From NCBI GenBank assembly GCA_052327205.1, contig CM126204.1:72850001-72914000 (forward strand): a DNA stretch of 64,000 nucleotides, in the 5' to 3' direction. Shown piece by piece: positions 48,787 through 61,278 of this stretch (positions are counted from its first letter, which is position 1; every line of letters starts with the position of its first letter). The position numbers and the translations under genes are program-made. This stretch comes from Somniosus microcephalus (Eukaryota). The notes under the pieces were generated by a model. The model was not told the origin of the DNA. It was given only the letters and a program-made list of their open reading frames with translations, and made no database searches.

Positions 48787-51700
48787 TAACCCATTTTCCA
48801 TTTCCCAGGCAGCTTGTGGAAGTGGTGGCTATGATAATCCCACAAACAAGTCCGCTGAACCAAATGACAGGATAGAGAGAATTGAAAAGGGCTAGGTTGA
48901 AAGATCAGGCTAATATAATGCTTAATAAATATATATATATTTAAATAAAATGGTATTTTCAGGAGGGATATTAAAACTATATAAAATATATAAATTCTTT
49001 TAAATGATTAGACAGATGCAAGACTTCATTATGTGGCTTTTTTTAATGGGGAGATAAGGGTCAACTTATCCTTGTCTGTCTGTTGTGTTTGAATCACTAT
49101 TTCTGCATTCTTATCAAATTTGAATATATAAAGAATTGGTTTGAAAATGTACTTCCGTAAAACAAAGTGGTACATATTTTCTTGTTTCCTAATTATTTTG
49201 AACGTAATTAAAATAGATTTGGTTTTTTAAAATCATTTTGAGCATAATTAAAATACAGTAGTATGGTAGTATAGTAGTGCGGAGAGCAGCGGCTGTTGAT
49301 GTGATCTCATGCTAGTGTCAGAAATTGAGTTGCTATGTTTGCTGCTGCGGGTCTGTGATTGTGTGTAGTGGCTGGTGCAAAATAATGGTAGCTAGGTGAG
49401 CGAGTGGTAAGAGTGGGAAACTGCATTGATAGGGAATTGCAGAGAAAAAAACAAGTTCCATAGAATGAAGGCTATGTTAGATTTACCTGCCTGGTGCAAG
49501 TACGCTGAATCATGTGGTGCAACACATAACAGAGCTCTAAGTTTCAGAGGAAGTAGGCACGATATTGACATTTTTTCGGAGGGGGTCCAGTCTCTTTCTC
49601 CCTCTCCCTGATTATGCATCCTCTGTCGCATTTTGCCCAAGATGCACTCCTAGTGGTGTAGGTGCCCGTCTGTACTATTTAAGTTTACATGACTTCCCCC
49701 ATACCTCACAAACTTTGTCAGCTTACCAGCTGGGATCAAAGGCCCATGGGTTTTTAGATCCATGATGTTTCTTCATTCCCATTACTCTCTGCTGCCCATC
49801 TGAAAGAAACGAGGAAGAGAGATGTGAGGAGGCGCGGGTGATCCAAGCAATGTATCCCAATCCCAGCCTCGGAAGCACGGTGGAAATGATGGTCCTAATC
49901 AGTTGGTCAGCCACCAGCCGGCGATATCTAAACTTTTTTTAAGTATTGAGATAGGAGTTATTTTTCCCACAAATACTTGAGAGTAATACATTGTAAGAAT
50001 TTATGTTGCTGGAGTTTTTAATTCATTTGGAATTGCCAAAAAATTCCTTCATATTTTATATATGTCATAAAACTACATGGTCTGATCTTTGTCATTATGC
50101 TTCAATAATTGCCATGCAAAAATTAGAGCAAATCAGATGACAGGCATTAGTTCACTTCAGGGTGGGCTCGGCAACACTCTCTTGACAGCTTTAACACAGC
50201 TTTAAATGCACCAATGCTTTTAGAGGCCTGTTTAAAGTACATTTATAGAGTTTGCAGGAGAAGAAGGAAGGGGTTGGAGGTGGGGACATAGGCAAAGTAC
50301 AATACAAAGGGAAAAATCAGGTTTATTTTTAAAAATTAAATATAGCTATAAACTGCTTTTGAAACAAATGAGAATTACTGTGAATATATGGGACCTTGTC
50401 TAACAAGTACTGCAATGTAGCTTAAGGCAGCTACTGTTTATTTAAAAACAGTAAAATAACCCAGGAGCTGTTGAGGTATACACTGAGTTCTGTTCAGAAC
50501 CAAATTGTATGGTTGATTACTGTAAATCTTTTTATTTTGATTTGCCCATAACTTGGTGTAATTTAGGGCCATGAAATTTCTTATTGCAAATGCTTTCACA
50601 TTTAACAGCTCTAAGCAACCATGAAAATGTCGGACTTGGAAAAATTGGCAGGATTGGCCCTTAGCGTCCCAAAGTGGCATTTCTATAATGAGCAAATAAA
50701 CACAACAAAATAAGCATGTTTTACTTCAGTGAATTCAAGGGATTTTTCCAAAGAAATAAATATTAGTTTTGACTTACTTGCATATGAGCTTTTTATTTCT
50801 TATGACCTCAGCCATGATAATTGCAATTCTACAGTGGAAAATATTCCATTGCACTTTGCACAGAGAAGAAAAACTATTAACTAATCTGAAGCATACAGTT
50901 AAATCTAGAATTACTAGTATAGCCTGTTTTTTTCCCTCAAAAATAACTCCATTATTCATTGAGAGCAATCCTTTGTTTTAAAATAAAGTTCCTGTTTTAG
51001 CATTTTGTTTCCATGTTTATTTTGTGTGGCTTTTACAGTATAGGGTACTTTAGCAGTTTAGGATCTAAACTCCTGGAACTTAATTTTCAGCACATTCAAA
51101 ATTAAGCCATTTTTTAGGTTTATGCAACAGTAGCTGGGATAGAGGAATAAATTTATATATATAGTTCAACTGGATCCTGAATAAACCGGGCTTCCATGCA
51201 TTGCATAAGAGAATTTTTATATCAGGAAGCACTAAGAGCTACAGTAAGAAGCTAGCCATTTGAGTGTATGGTCTTGGCAGTCAGGTAGCTGTTTGTGGTC
51301 TGGTGGACCAGTCTGTACACGGGGCTAATTTGATATTCAAATTTCTGTAAAACTGGTTGAGGCTTCAAAATGCAGCACTGCAGTATACCATTCTGAAATA
51401 AATTTGGCTTATTTTCCTTCGTTGGAAGTCCTGAAACAAATCCAATACTAGAATGGTTGGCAGTAAGTAAACTGTATTATATTTATTTTTAATGTAAAAG
51501 TGCTGGAACCATCTAAAAATAAACAGATGCATAGCAGTTCATTAGCCTGCCTGCTCGGACTGATTTTCCCATTGATTAGTCTCACTACTAATGCCTGTTC
51601 ATTCCTCACTTCATAACTAATTAACGTCAGTTCCTTTCTGACTGGTTGACTAGTTTCAAGATCTCTGAGCATGTGTGAATTTATATGGACTAGTTACGGC

Positions 51701-51831
51701 AAGTACAGGCTTGACCACTGGAGATTTTTAACCCTAAAATTCATAGAGTATTGTATTTAAAATCACTTTGGGAAATTATTAAAAAGCTGAATTGTGGACT
51801 GTTTGTTTGTGGATTGTATTGCATATACTGT

Positions 51832-52672
51832 GGGCTGGATTTTCAGTGTCCCGTGAGGCGGGCTTTTAGGCGTGCGGGGGGCAAAAATCCTGAATTCGGG
51901 GGTCCCGACACCATCCCGCCCAAAACCCGCCTTCACGTAAGTTTCAAAGGAGGCGGGTACCCGCCCCGCACTGGGACCCGCCGACCCGAGGCGGGAAGGG
52001 ATTAGTGCCAATTAACTGCCTGTTAACAGGTAGTTACCAGGCAGTTTTTAGCCTAATCCCTATTTTGAAGGGTGTCGTGTGGGATTCCCGACGGCTCCAA
52101 ACCACACCAGGTTAGAGCAGGTGGGCCGTCGGGTTGAAGGACTTGGAGGGGTCGAGATGTCGGTGTTCAGGTGAGTGATGGGTGCATGAGTGCAAAGGTA
52201 AGTGTGTTTGGTGTGTCTAAAGTGTGTAAAGAAGTTTAAATTACCTGTACTTACCTCTACAGCCTTGCTTCCTCTAGGCTTTGGGAGTCCATCATTCAGC
52301 CGGCACAGAAAGCAGAATGGCTGCGATCTGTCAAAAGTGACAGCCTTCAGCTTTCAGTGTCGGCGTGATTTCTAACTGAGTCTGCGTAGAAGGACTCAGG
52401 TTAGAAGCAAGACTGTCAGTGTTTGACAGCTTCAAACAGCTGTGAAACACTGATATTTCATCTGTCAAGACGTCTTGACAGATGAAATTTCAGTCTGTGA
52501 CGTCACCTGTTGCCGGGTGGCCCTTAATTGGCCTGCTGAGCCCGCTGGGTGGGCTCAACAAGGTCAATCAAGGGAAAATCGCATTGATTGGCCGCATCTT
52601 GATGGAAGCGGGACTAAAACCCGAAAGTTGTAGTCCCGCCTCCTTCCCGACTGCTGAATGAAAATCCAACCC
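51832..52672. mobile_element. Harbinger-type MITE (family E)
   Basis: TIR gggctggattttca / tgaaaatccaaccc and 3-bp TSD TGT. Confidence 0.85.
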
Positions 52673-53629
52673 TGTATCTTTGTATTTTACCAGTTAATAT
52701 TTTATGCAGTTATTTAAAATTCATTTTTGATGGGTGCCATTAAGTAGTACAGAGAGAGTCCAAGAACATATTATTTACTTTGTGCATAGAAAGAATCTAA
52801 TTTTGTGGGTAAGAAAAACTTACAAATCCTTGCTTTTAAATTGTCATTCAGGATCTTCATTTTGAAGGGAGAAGGTATTTGGAAATTATCTACTAACCTA
52901 TGTTTTCCCCCCTCCTTTCTCCAATTTTCTCCTCTCCCATGCTCTCCTGGAGGTATTGACTCCTTGTTGGGCTCTATGGTGACTTCCAGTACCTTGTTCA
53001 ATTGGCCATTTCTCATGTGTGAATCTAGACCGTGAATGCGAGTATGGGGAGGAGTGAATCACAATTGACCCTGATCCTGCCCAGATGTCCACACTTCGAC
53101 TAGGTCAATGAATAGCAATAAAAGCTGAACCATTGGGATGGAGGAGCCTACTAGCAGAGTTTTTGCACCATTTGCCAAGTGTTACTGATCTCACAATCTC
53201 AGGAACTGATTTTATAAGATAAATTTGATAATCATCTGTATTCCCATAGAAACATAGGCTATCGGCCTGTCAATACTAGTGTCACATCACTTGAGTGTTT
53301 ACAATGGGTTACATGTGCTATGAAAGTGATAAATGCCCCTGTTGCAGTGCAGATTTTGGGCAAATTTGATGTTTGTAGTGGTGCAAAGTTGGTATGAAAT
53401 TGCTGATAAGAAACTATCAAATTCAAATTCGACCTGCTTTCACTGTCACCAGCAGAGCCTTCACGATCTTAGCAGTGGGAGCCTTAGTGGTGGAGTAGAG
53501 CTGTGCTAATTCCAGTATAACAGCTGGAACCAACACATGTTCATGATATATATTGAAATTTCTCTATCTAATGGCATGAGTCTGACCAATCTTTACAGGT
53601 TGGTAGACCCGTGTCAGTAAGTAGACTGT

Positions 53630-55189
53630 GGGCACAAATTTAATCGCGCTGAAGGGGCGGGTTTGGAGGCGGTTCCGCTGTCAAAATCGCAAAGATTGAC
53701 AGTGGGTAGGAAACCCGCTGACAACCCGCCTCCACGCGAGTCTCCCAGGTGTCGGGTCTGTCAGCGGAGAACTGATCCGACACCAAGCGGCGGGGGATAC
53801 AATTGAGCTCATTAAATGGCTTGTTAAGAGCCAATTTAAGACTATTTTGAGGCTTACTTCTAATTTTACCTTCTCCCCCACTGGTTACCCGCTGTTCGGG
53901 GAACACACCAGCTCAACCTGACGTATTTTGAATCTGCTCTGATGTTTCTGAAAATCTGACAGCTGCAGAAGTGGTGTCAAGGATGCCATGTTGCAGATGG
54001 TGAGTTTCAGAGCACAGAACATGTTGGTTACTGCATTTTTAATACATATAGAGATTTCTTTAGCTTACAAGTTTTTAAATCCAACTGTATGTCCAGTGCC
54101 ACCTCATTGGGAGAACCACTCTCACCATTGATAGATTGCTTCTGTCATCTCGCCCGCAGCTGCCATCTATTCCAGCAACATGAAACAATCAGACTTTGGT
54201 CCTCCAATCCTTCCACAATCAGCCCCAACACCAACATCACCAACCTTCTCCGCCATCACCTGATGCTGCACTGGATACAGGGCATCAGCCCCTGTCAAAT
54301 TTGCTGGCTGGGAGGCCAGCGATGGCATCAGCATGGTCAGATTTTCTTCACTTGATGCTGTAAACCCTGGCTGCCACATGATGCGCCAGGTTCACACCAT
54401 CCTACACCAGCACCTTGAAGCATCCCTTTAATGTTCCAGCCATTCCATGCACACTCATCACTATAGTTGGGGGGTGGTGGGGGGCGGGGGGCGGGGGGGA
54501 GTTATGACTGAACAATCACTGGAACTCAGTAAGACACTTCCCAAGGTGCGATCAGATCTGTCCAATAAGGGGCACTTTTTGAAAAAGATATTTCACTGTA
54601 TGACAACACATTACCAGAAACTTCACATGGACATTAGCTAAACCTCTCAAGTGCCTACCCTTGTGTGTTGTTAGTTGGTATGCTTGCAGTAGGCTGAGGG
54701 TGCATGTGAGGGGTGGCTAGTGAGATGGGGAAGTGCTAAAGCAGGTAGAGAGGGTTGGTGGAGTTGCAAGGTAAGTTAGTGTCCTGGGGAGGTTGCTTCC
54801 GCCGTTGAAAGGGAAGAGAACCTCTCTGAGTGCTGCGACTCCATCCATATGCATATGGAGGGAGACACTGGAGAGCCTGGGTGCAAGCTTTCACCTTTGT
54901 GCAGTGATTGTCAGTGTTTGCAGCACCTCAGTGCTGTCAAACACTGACAGAACAACTGTCAAACTCCATGTGGACATGGTCCCTTTAAGGAAACTGGCTG
55001 ATGATGTGTCATCAAATGACATCATCAGACCCGCCTCCTGTTAATTGGCCGGTAAGCCCACAGGGCGGGCTTAACAAGGCCAATCAAGGTAAAATCACGT
55101 TTGCAGAACGGATGCAGCTGGGAGCGGGACCGGAACCCGGAAACCAGCTGTCCCGCCCTCATCCCACCTCCTCAAGTAAATTTGCGGCC
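53630..55189 (-). mobile_element. Internally deleted Harbinger derivative retaining part of Myb exon 1, copy 1
   Basis: TIR gggcacaaattt / aaatttgcggcc and TSD TGT. Minus strand reads LAPRLSSVSLHMHMDGVAALREVLFP. Inverted homology to 61279-62998. Confidence 0.85.
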
Positions 55190-55564
55190 TGTGTGTGTAA
55201 CTATGTGAAATGGGCTACATATGCTGGGCTGTCTCTTTTCCTCTTAAACTTGGAAGCGCCAGCTAGTTACGCCAAGGCACATACATATGTAGGGGAAAGT
55301 AGATTACAACGAATGTAATATGGTCAACTTGTGTGAGGCAACATTGTTCAATGCATCTCATCACTCTATCATCCTAAAGGTAACAATGGTAATAAAGCCC
55401 AGGACTGATGAGATAGGTATCATACTGGTTTAATACTAACATTTTACCTGTAGCTAGTATTTATATACTTTATACTAGAATGGCCTTAATAGCAGTTCAT
55501 GTTAATGTTCGATATTTCTATTTGAGAGTACAAATTAAGGAAGGTATTTTAAGTTCACAAAACC

Positions 55565-56463
55565 ATTCATAGAATCATAGAAAGTTACAGCACAGAAGGA
55601 GGCCATTTGGCCCATTGTGTCTGCGCCGGTCGAAAGAGCTGTCTAGCCTAATCCCACTTTCCAGCTCTTGGTCCATAGCCTTGCAGTTTACGGCACTTCA
55701 AGTGCATATGAATCAGTGAATCGCTGAAAGTTAACATGCAGGTACAGCAAGTAATTAAGAAAGCAAATGGTATGTTGGCCTTTATTACAAGAGGATTTGA
55801 GTATAAGAGTAAAGACATCTTAATGCAATTTTATATGGCCCTGGTGAGACCACAAAGGGAGTATTGTGTACAGTTTGGTCTCCTTACCTAAGGAAGGATA
55901 TACTTGCCATAGAGGGAGTGCAACGAAGGTTCACCAGACTGATTCCTGGGATGGGGGTATTGCCCTAGGAGGAGAGATTGAGTAGACTAGGCCTATATTC
56001 TCTAGAGTTTAGAAGAATGAGAGGTGATCTCATTGAAACATACAAAATTCTTCCAGAGCTTGACAGGGTAGATGCAGGGTGGATATTTCCCCTGGCTGGG
56101 GAGTCTAGAACCAGGAGTCACAGTCTCAGAATAAGGGCTCGGCCATTTAGGACTGAGATGAGGAGAAATGCCTTCACTCAGAGGGTGGTGAACCTTTGGA
56201 ATTCTCTACCACAGAGGGCTGTGGAGGCTCAGTCATTGAGTATATTCAAGACATAGATCGATTGATTTTTGGATATTAAGGGAATCAAGGGATAGGGGGA
56301 TAGGGCGGGAAAGTGGAGTTGAGGTAGATCAGCCATGATCTTATTGAATGGCGGAGCAGGCTCAAAGTGCTGAATGGCCTACTCCTGCTCCTATTTCTTA
56401 TGTTCTATGTTCTTATATCCAAATAATTTTAAATGTGATGAGGATTTCTGCCTCTACCACCCT
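55565..56463 (-). mobile_element. CR1-like 3' fragment interrupted by a plus-strand CR1
   Basis: 55565-55709 matches the 30160-30290 UTR and resumes at ~56416 (atccaaat...ctgcctctaccac). Confidence 0.8.
55710..56414 (+). mobile_element. 5'-truncated CR1-like LINE
   Basis: SLKVNMQVQQ...LYSLEFRRMRGDLIE...FTQRVVNLWNSLP plus 3' UTR; ATAT duplication on the flanks. Confidence 0.92.
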
Positions 56464-56550
56464 GCAGAAATTTAATATCATTGAACTTGAAAATATGGAA
56501 TGAATACAGAACCTACATTCTGTAATAGTGCTCACTGTATTAGTTTTTCA

Positions 56551-56700
56551 CAGAATCATACAGCACAGAAGGAGGCCATTTGGCCCATCGTGCCTGTGCC
56601 AGCTCTTTAAAAGAGCTATCCAATTAGTCCCACTCTCCTGCTCTTTCCCCATAGCCCTGCAATATTTTTCCTTTTTTAAGTATACAATTCCCTTTTGAAA
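56551..56700 (-). mobile_element. CR1-like 3' end fragment
   Basis: cagaatcatacagcacagaaggaggccatttggccc, the same tail as at 55570. Confidence 0.8.
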
Positions 56701-58309
56701 GTTTTTGTGGCTAGGTTTGGATCTACCTGTTAACTAAAATTTCTAGGCCTAATTATTTAACTACTGGGAATCAACTAATTAATTAATAAAATTTTTCAAT
56801 ATTCAACTAGTCCGTGTTCCCATTGACCCAAGTGTGCACGAGGTCCAGTGACTCCATTCCAATCAAAATAAATGGCATCTTTAGTGCTGATGACTTTAAA
56901 AAATTGCAGCATCGTACTTCTGAGAACGACAGCTGAGAATATGTGAGCACTAAACGTTCAAAAAGAAATGTTCCCCTTATTCAGATTAAAATGATCAAGT
57001 TGATAACACAGATAACATCGTTGCATTTGGGCATTATGGTCATTTCCATCCCTAAGGTGCTCATTACCAGCTTGAGTGATGTGGCCATAGTACACTCCAG
57101 CATGATGATGATGATGCTACATTTCAGTGATCAACCATGAAGCTTGTGCCAGGAATATGTTTAGGAATAGTTCCAGGCCAATTAAATAAACAAATCGTAA
57201 AGTGAATAGTTGAAAGGTCTAAAATAGATAAACATTGCCATGTTTTAACCTGTAAAGTGTTTGTTCGTTTTTCCCCTTGTGATTTTGGGGTGCTTCCTCT
57301 TCATTAGGTAATTAAACATTAAGATACATCTAATATAAAGAATTGTTTTGTCTTCTTTGAGGAACTAGTAACCAAAAAATAATAATTCTTTTGGTGAAGG
57401 TATTAAGTTAAATATATATTTTAAGATTTTAGAGGGACCAGTTACCTTATTTTGAGCTCTGCAGTATTGCTTTCCTTGTTGGATTCTATTCTTTACCACA
57501 TTACCTCACCACATTAGCACTTGCATCTCCCTCAGATGGCATTCTGTTTCCATTCCATTCACAGTGGCCAAGGATCATATCACATAGGCACTTAGAAATA
57601 CAATGCGCACTACCCCTGAGAACACAATTGCTTTCACAGTCAAAAGTATTGATCAGCTCTATTTCTGGTTTTCCATTCAGTCAGAGCTTTTGCTCAGAGT
57701 TGGATTTTTTTCATTAGGGAGGGGAGATTTAAATAAAACCTGGATATCTTATCTTCTTCCCTCCTCTCCATCTACAATTGTCTTAATGCTATTTTTAACA
57801 GATTTAATTGCTATTGTTGATATATTTTGCAGTCTGCAAATGCTGACAATCAGATATCATTTTTACTTGAAATAATCCTTGAAAGTTATAATTTTTAGGA
57901 ATCTGATTATTGAAAAAACCTTTTGTTTTGATAAGAGTATTAAAAGTCTATTTTTTATTATGAGTTTTGGTTGAAGAATATAACAATTTGTGTGCTACTT
58001 TCGAGAAAAAAATACCCTCCACATAATAGGTGATAACAGTGTGCAAAATTAGGTGGAATCACACACAGAATGCCTATCCTAATAAGACTATTTTAGGTCA
58101 AAGACATGCAAAAATGATATTGTGTCATGGAATTTGTTTTAAACCAGGTACAGTTTAATTTCAATTATTGACCATGAGCAGTTTACAGAGGCCAAGTGCA
58201 GAGAATTCCTTCCACTTGCTGCCTTCATTATCCAAATGGACATTATTTTTACAGCACTTCCTGGAAGTGGCTATTGCTTTTTTTTATTTTTAGGGGAATT
58301 ATTTTGTTG

Positions 58310-58932
58310 GACAAATGATCATGTTGTGGAATGGGGGACCGGGAACCATTGTAGGTTAGTGAGGACAGGAATGATGGGTAAGCGAGACTTGGTGTGGGTT
58401 CTTCTTAGGCAGCAGAGTTTTGGATGAACTGAAGTTTACAAAGGGTTGGAGGATCAGAGCGCATTGGAATAGTTGAGTCTGGAGGTGGTAAAGGTTTCAA
58501 TGAGGGTGTCAGTTGCAAATTAGTTGAAGTAGAGGCAGAGGCAAGCATTTCAGTGCTGTGTGAGGGGCAGAAACCTGATTGGAGGAATTGAAACCGGGAA
58601 CTTCAGGAGAGATGGGCACAGATCTGGGAGACAACATGTGTAAAGATTTTGGAGAGGAAAGGGAGGTTGGAAATGCTTGGATAGTTTTTAAGTGCAGATG
58701 GGTTGAGGGTGAGCTTTTGAGGAGAGGGATGATGTTGGCGGCCTTGAAAGGGAGGAGAACTGTGCCTGAGGAGGAGGAACTATTTACAATATTAGATTTC
58801 ATGGGGGTCAGAAAAGGAAGTTTATTGGGAATGGGGTCAAGTGAATAAAAGATGGCTATCATGGACAAGATGAGCTCAGAGAGGAGGTGGGGAAAGTAGG
58901 AGAGAAACCCGAGAAAGATGGAGGCTTAGGTC
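58310..58932 (-). mobile_element. Degenerate L2-like LINE RT fragment, probably resuming after 60653
   Basis: Minus ORF LDPIPNKL...IVNSSSSSGTV..PFKAANIIPLLK, typical of the L2 RT N-terminus. Confidence 0.65.
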
Positions 58933-58937
58933 TAGAT

Positions 58938-60647
58938 TGGTTCTGTCTTCACAAAGGAGGACACAAATAACCTCCCAGAGATGTTGGGGAACATGGGGTC
59001 TGATGAAAGGGAGGAACTGAAAGAAATCAGTATTTGTAGGGAAATGGTGTTAGGGAAATTGACGGGATTGAAGGCCAATAAATCCCCAGGGCCTGATAAT
59101 CTACATCCTAGGGTACTTAAGGAAGTGGCCCTAGAAATAGTAGATGCATTGCTGGTCATCTTCCAAAATTCTATAGACTCTGGAACAGTACCCATGGATT
59201 GGAGGGTAGCTAATGTTACCCCACTATTCAAAAAAGGTGGTAGAGAGAAAACGGGGAATTACAGACCAGTAAGCCTGACATCGGTAGTGGGGAAAATGCT
59301 AGAGTCCATTATAAAAGATGTAATAGCAGAGCACTTGGAAAACAGTGATAGGATCGGACAAAGTCAACATGGATTTACAAAAGGTAAATTGTGCTTGACT
59401 AATCTACTGGAATTTTTTGAGGATGTAACTGGTAAAATAGATAAGGGAGAACCAGTGGATGTGGTGTATTTGGACTTTCAAAAGGCTTTCGATAAGGTCC
59501 CGCATAAGAGATTAGCATGTAAAGTTAAGGCACATGGGATTGGGGGCAAGGTACTGACTTGGATAGAGAACTGGTTAGCAGACAGAAAGCAAAGAGTTGG
59601 AATAAATGGTTTTTTTTCCAAGTGGCAGGCAGTGACTAGTGGGGTACCGCAGGGATCAGTCCTTGGACCCCAGCTATTCACAATATATATTAATGATCTA
59701 GACAAGGGAACTAGATGTAATATCTCCAAGTTTGCAGACGACACAAAGCTGGGTGGGCGTGTGTGCTGTGAGGAGGATGCCGAGAAACTCCAGGATGATT
59801 TGGACAGGTTGGGTGATTGGGCAGAAACATGGCAGATGCAATATAATGTTGATAAATGTGAAGTTATCCACTTTGGTGTCAAAAACAGGAAGGCAGATTA
59901 TTATCTGAATGGCAATAGATTGGGAGAAGGGGAAGTGCAAAGAGACCTGGGTGTCCTTGTGCACCAGTCGCTGAAGGTAAGCATGCAGGTGCAGCAGGCG
60001 GTTGAGAAGGCAAATGTTATGTTGACCTTCGTAGCGAGAGGGTTTGAGTACAGTAACAAGGATGTTTTGCTGCAGTTGTACAGGGCCTTGGTGAGACCAT
60101 ATCTTGAGTATTGTGTGCAGTTTTGGTCGCCTTATCTGAGGAAGGATGTTCTTGCCATGGAAGGAGTTCAGCGAAGATTCACCAGGCTGATACCTGGGAT
60201 GGCAGGAATGACGTATGAGGAGAGGTTGGGTCGATTGGGCTTATACTCGCTGGAGTTTAGAAGAATGAGAGGGGATCTCATTGAAGCTTATAAAATTCTG
60301 ACAGGACTGGACAGACTAGATGCAGGAAGGATGGTCGGGGAGCCCAGAACCAGGGGTCACAGTCTAAGGATAAGGGGTAAGCCATTTAGGACAGAAATGA
60401 GGAGGAATTTCTTCACCCAGAGAGTGGTGAACCTGTGGAATTCTCTACCACAGAAGGCAGTAGAGGCCAATTCATTAAATATATTCAAGAAGGAGTTGGA
60501 TATATTTCTTGAGGCTAAAGGGATATGGGGAGAAAGCAGGGACAGGGTACTGAATTTGGATGATCAGCCCTGATCGCATTGAATGGCGGAGCAGGCTCAA
60601 AGGGCCGAATGGCCTACTCCTGCTCCTATCTTCTATATTTCTATGTT
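58938..60647 (+). mobile_element. Young 5'-truncated CR1-like LINE with TSD TAGAT
   Basis: TAGAT at 58933-58937 and 60648-60652; complete 3' UTR. Confidence 0.95.
58981..60573 (+). CDS. CR1 ORF2 reverse transcriptase portion (530 aa open, no endonuclease)
   Basis: KSPGPD, NYRPVSLTS, LDFQKAFDKV, GVPQGSVLGP, FADDTK and FFTQRVVNLWNSLP in one frame. Confidence 0.9.
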   Translation: MLGNMGSDEREELKEISICREMVLGKLTGLKANKSPGPDNLHPRVLKEVALEIVDALLVIFQNSIDSGTVPMDWRVANVTPLFKKGGREKTGNYRPVSLTSVVGKMLESIIKDVIAEHLENSDRIGQSQHGFTKGKLCLTNLLEFFEDVTGKIDKGEPVDVVYLDFQKAFDKVPHKRLACKVKAHGIGGKVLTWIENWLADRKQRVGINGFFSKWQAVTSGVPQGSVLGPQLFTIYINDLDKGTRCNISKFADDTKLGGRVCCEEDAEKLQDDLDRLGDWAETWQMQYNVDKCEVIHFGVKNRKADYYLNGNRLGEGEVQRDLGVLVHQSLKVSMQVQQAVEKANVMLTFVARGFEYSNKDVLLQLYRALVRPYLEYCVQFWSPYLRKDVLAMEGVQRRFTRLIPGMAGMTYEERLGRLGLYSLEFRRMRGDLIEAYKILTGLDRLDAGRMVGEPRTRGHSLRIRGKPFRTEMRRNFFTQRVVNLWNSLPQKAVEANSLNIFKKELDIFLEAKGIWGESRDRVLNLDDQP

Positions 60648-61278
60648 TAGATCTGAGGGGACCTGAGGGAGATTTGGCTTGGTGGGCTGGAAGAGGGAGG
60701 AGCCTAGAGAACACAAGCAATTGTCATGGTCCTCCAGTTCTAACCTTAGTGTTTTACAGGATGAACTCCGAAATGGAGTAGTCCATCTTCTTCATGGCTT
60801 TGGCTATTCTGAGTTCATTCTGTTTGATTCAAAGAGGGATTCAAAGGCTCACGGTTCAAAAAGATGCTACGCTGTCTGTTGCTTTAGATGAGGAACTTTA
60901 CTTGAAACTGGTTGCATAGCTTACAAAGAAGATGTGATCGCAATATCTGGAGTTGAACTTGAGTGTACAAACTCAAACTGGTGTGAGGAGGTTTCCTGCA
61001 GGAGTTTAAACTCCACATTGCTTCAGTGAGTTTGTGAGTCTTCTAATTATGCTGCCACTTTCACATTGCTGCAAACCCAAAACTGCTTTAATAAATGTGA
61101 AAATGTCAGTATGAATGTACCCTTAGACTGACTGTTTTCTGTAGCTGAACTGGAACAAATGTTCTAATAACTGTAAGTGATGAGTTTCGGTTAGTGTGCA
61201 GAGACTCGGTGCATTATCTCAGGAGGTACTAGTTTCCCATTGATATCGGAAGTCTATCCCACTGATTATGGACATAGA

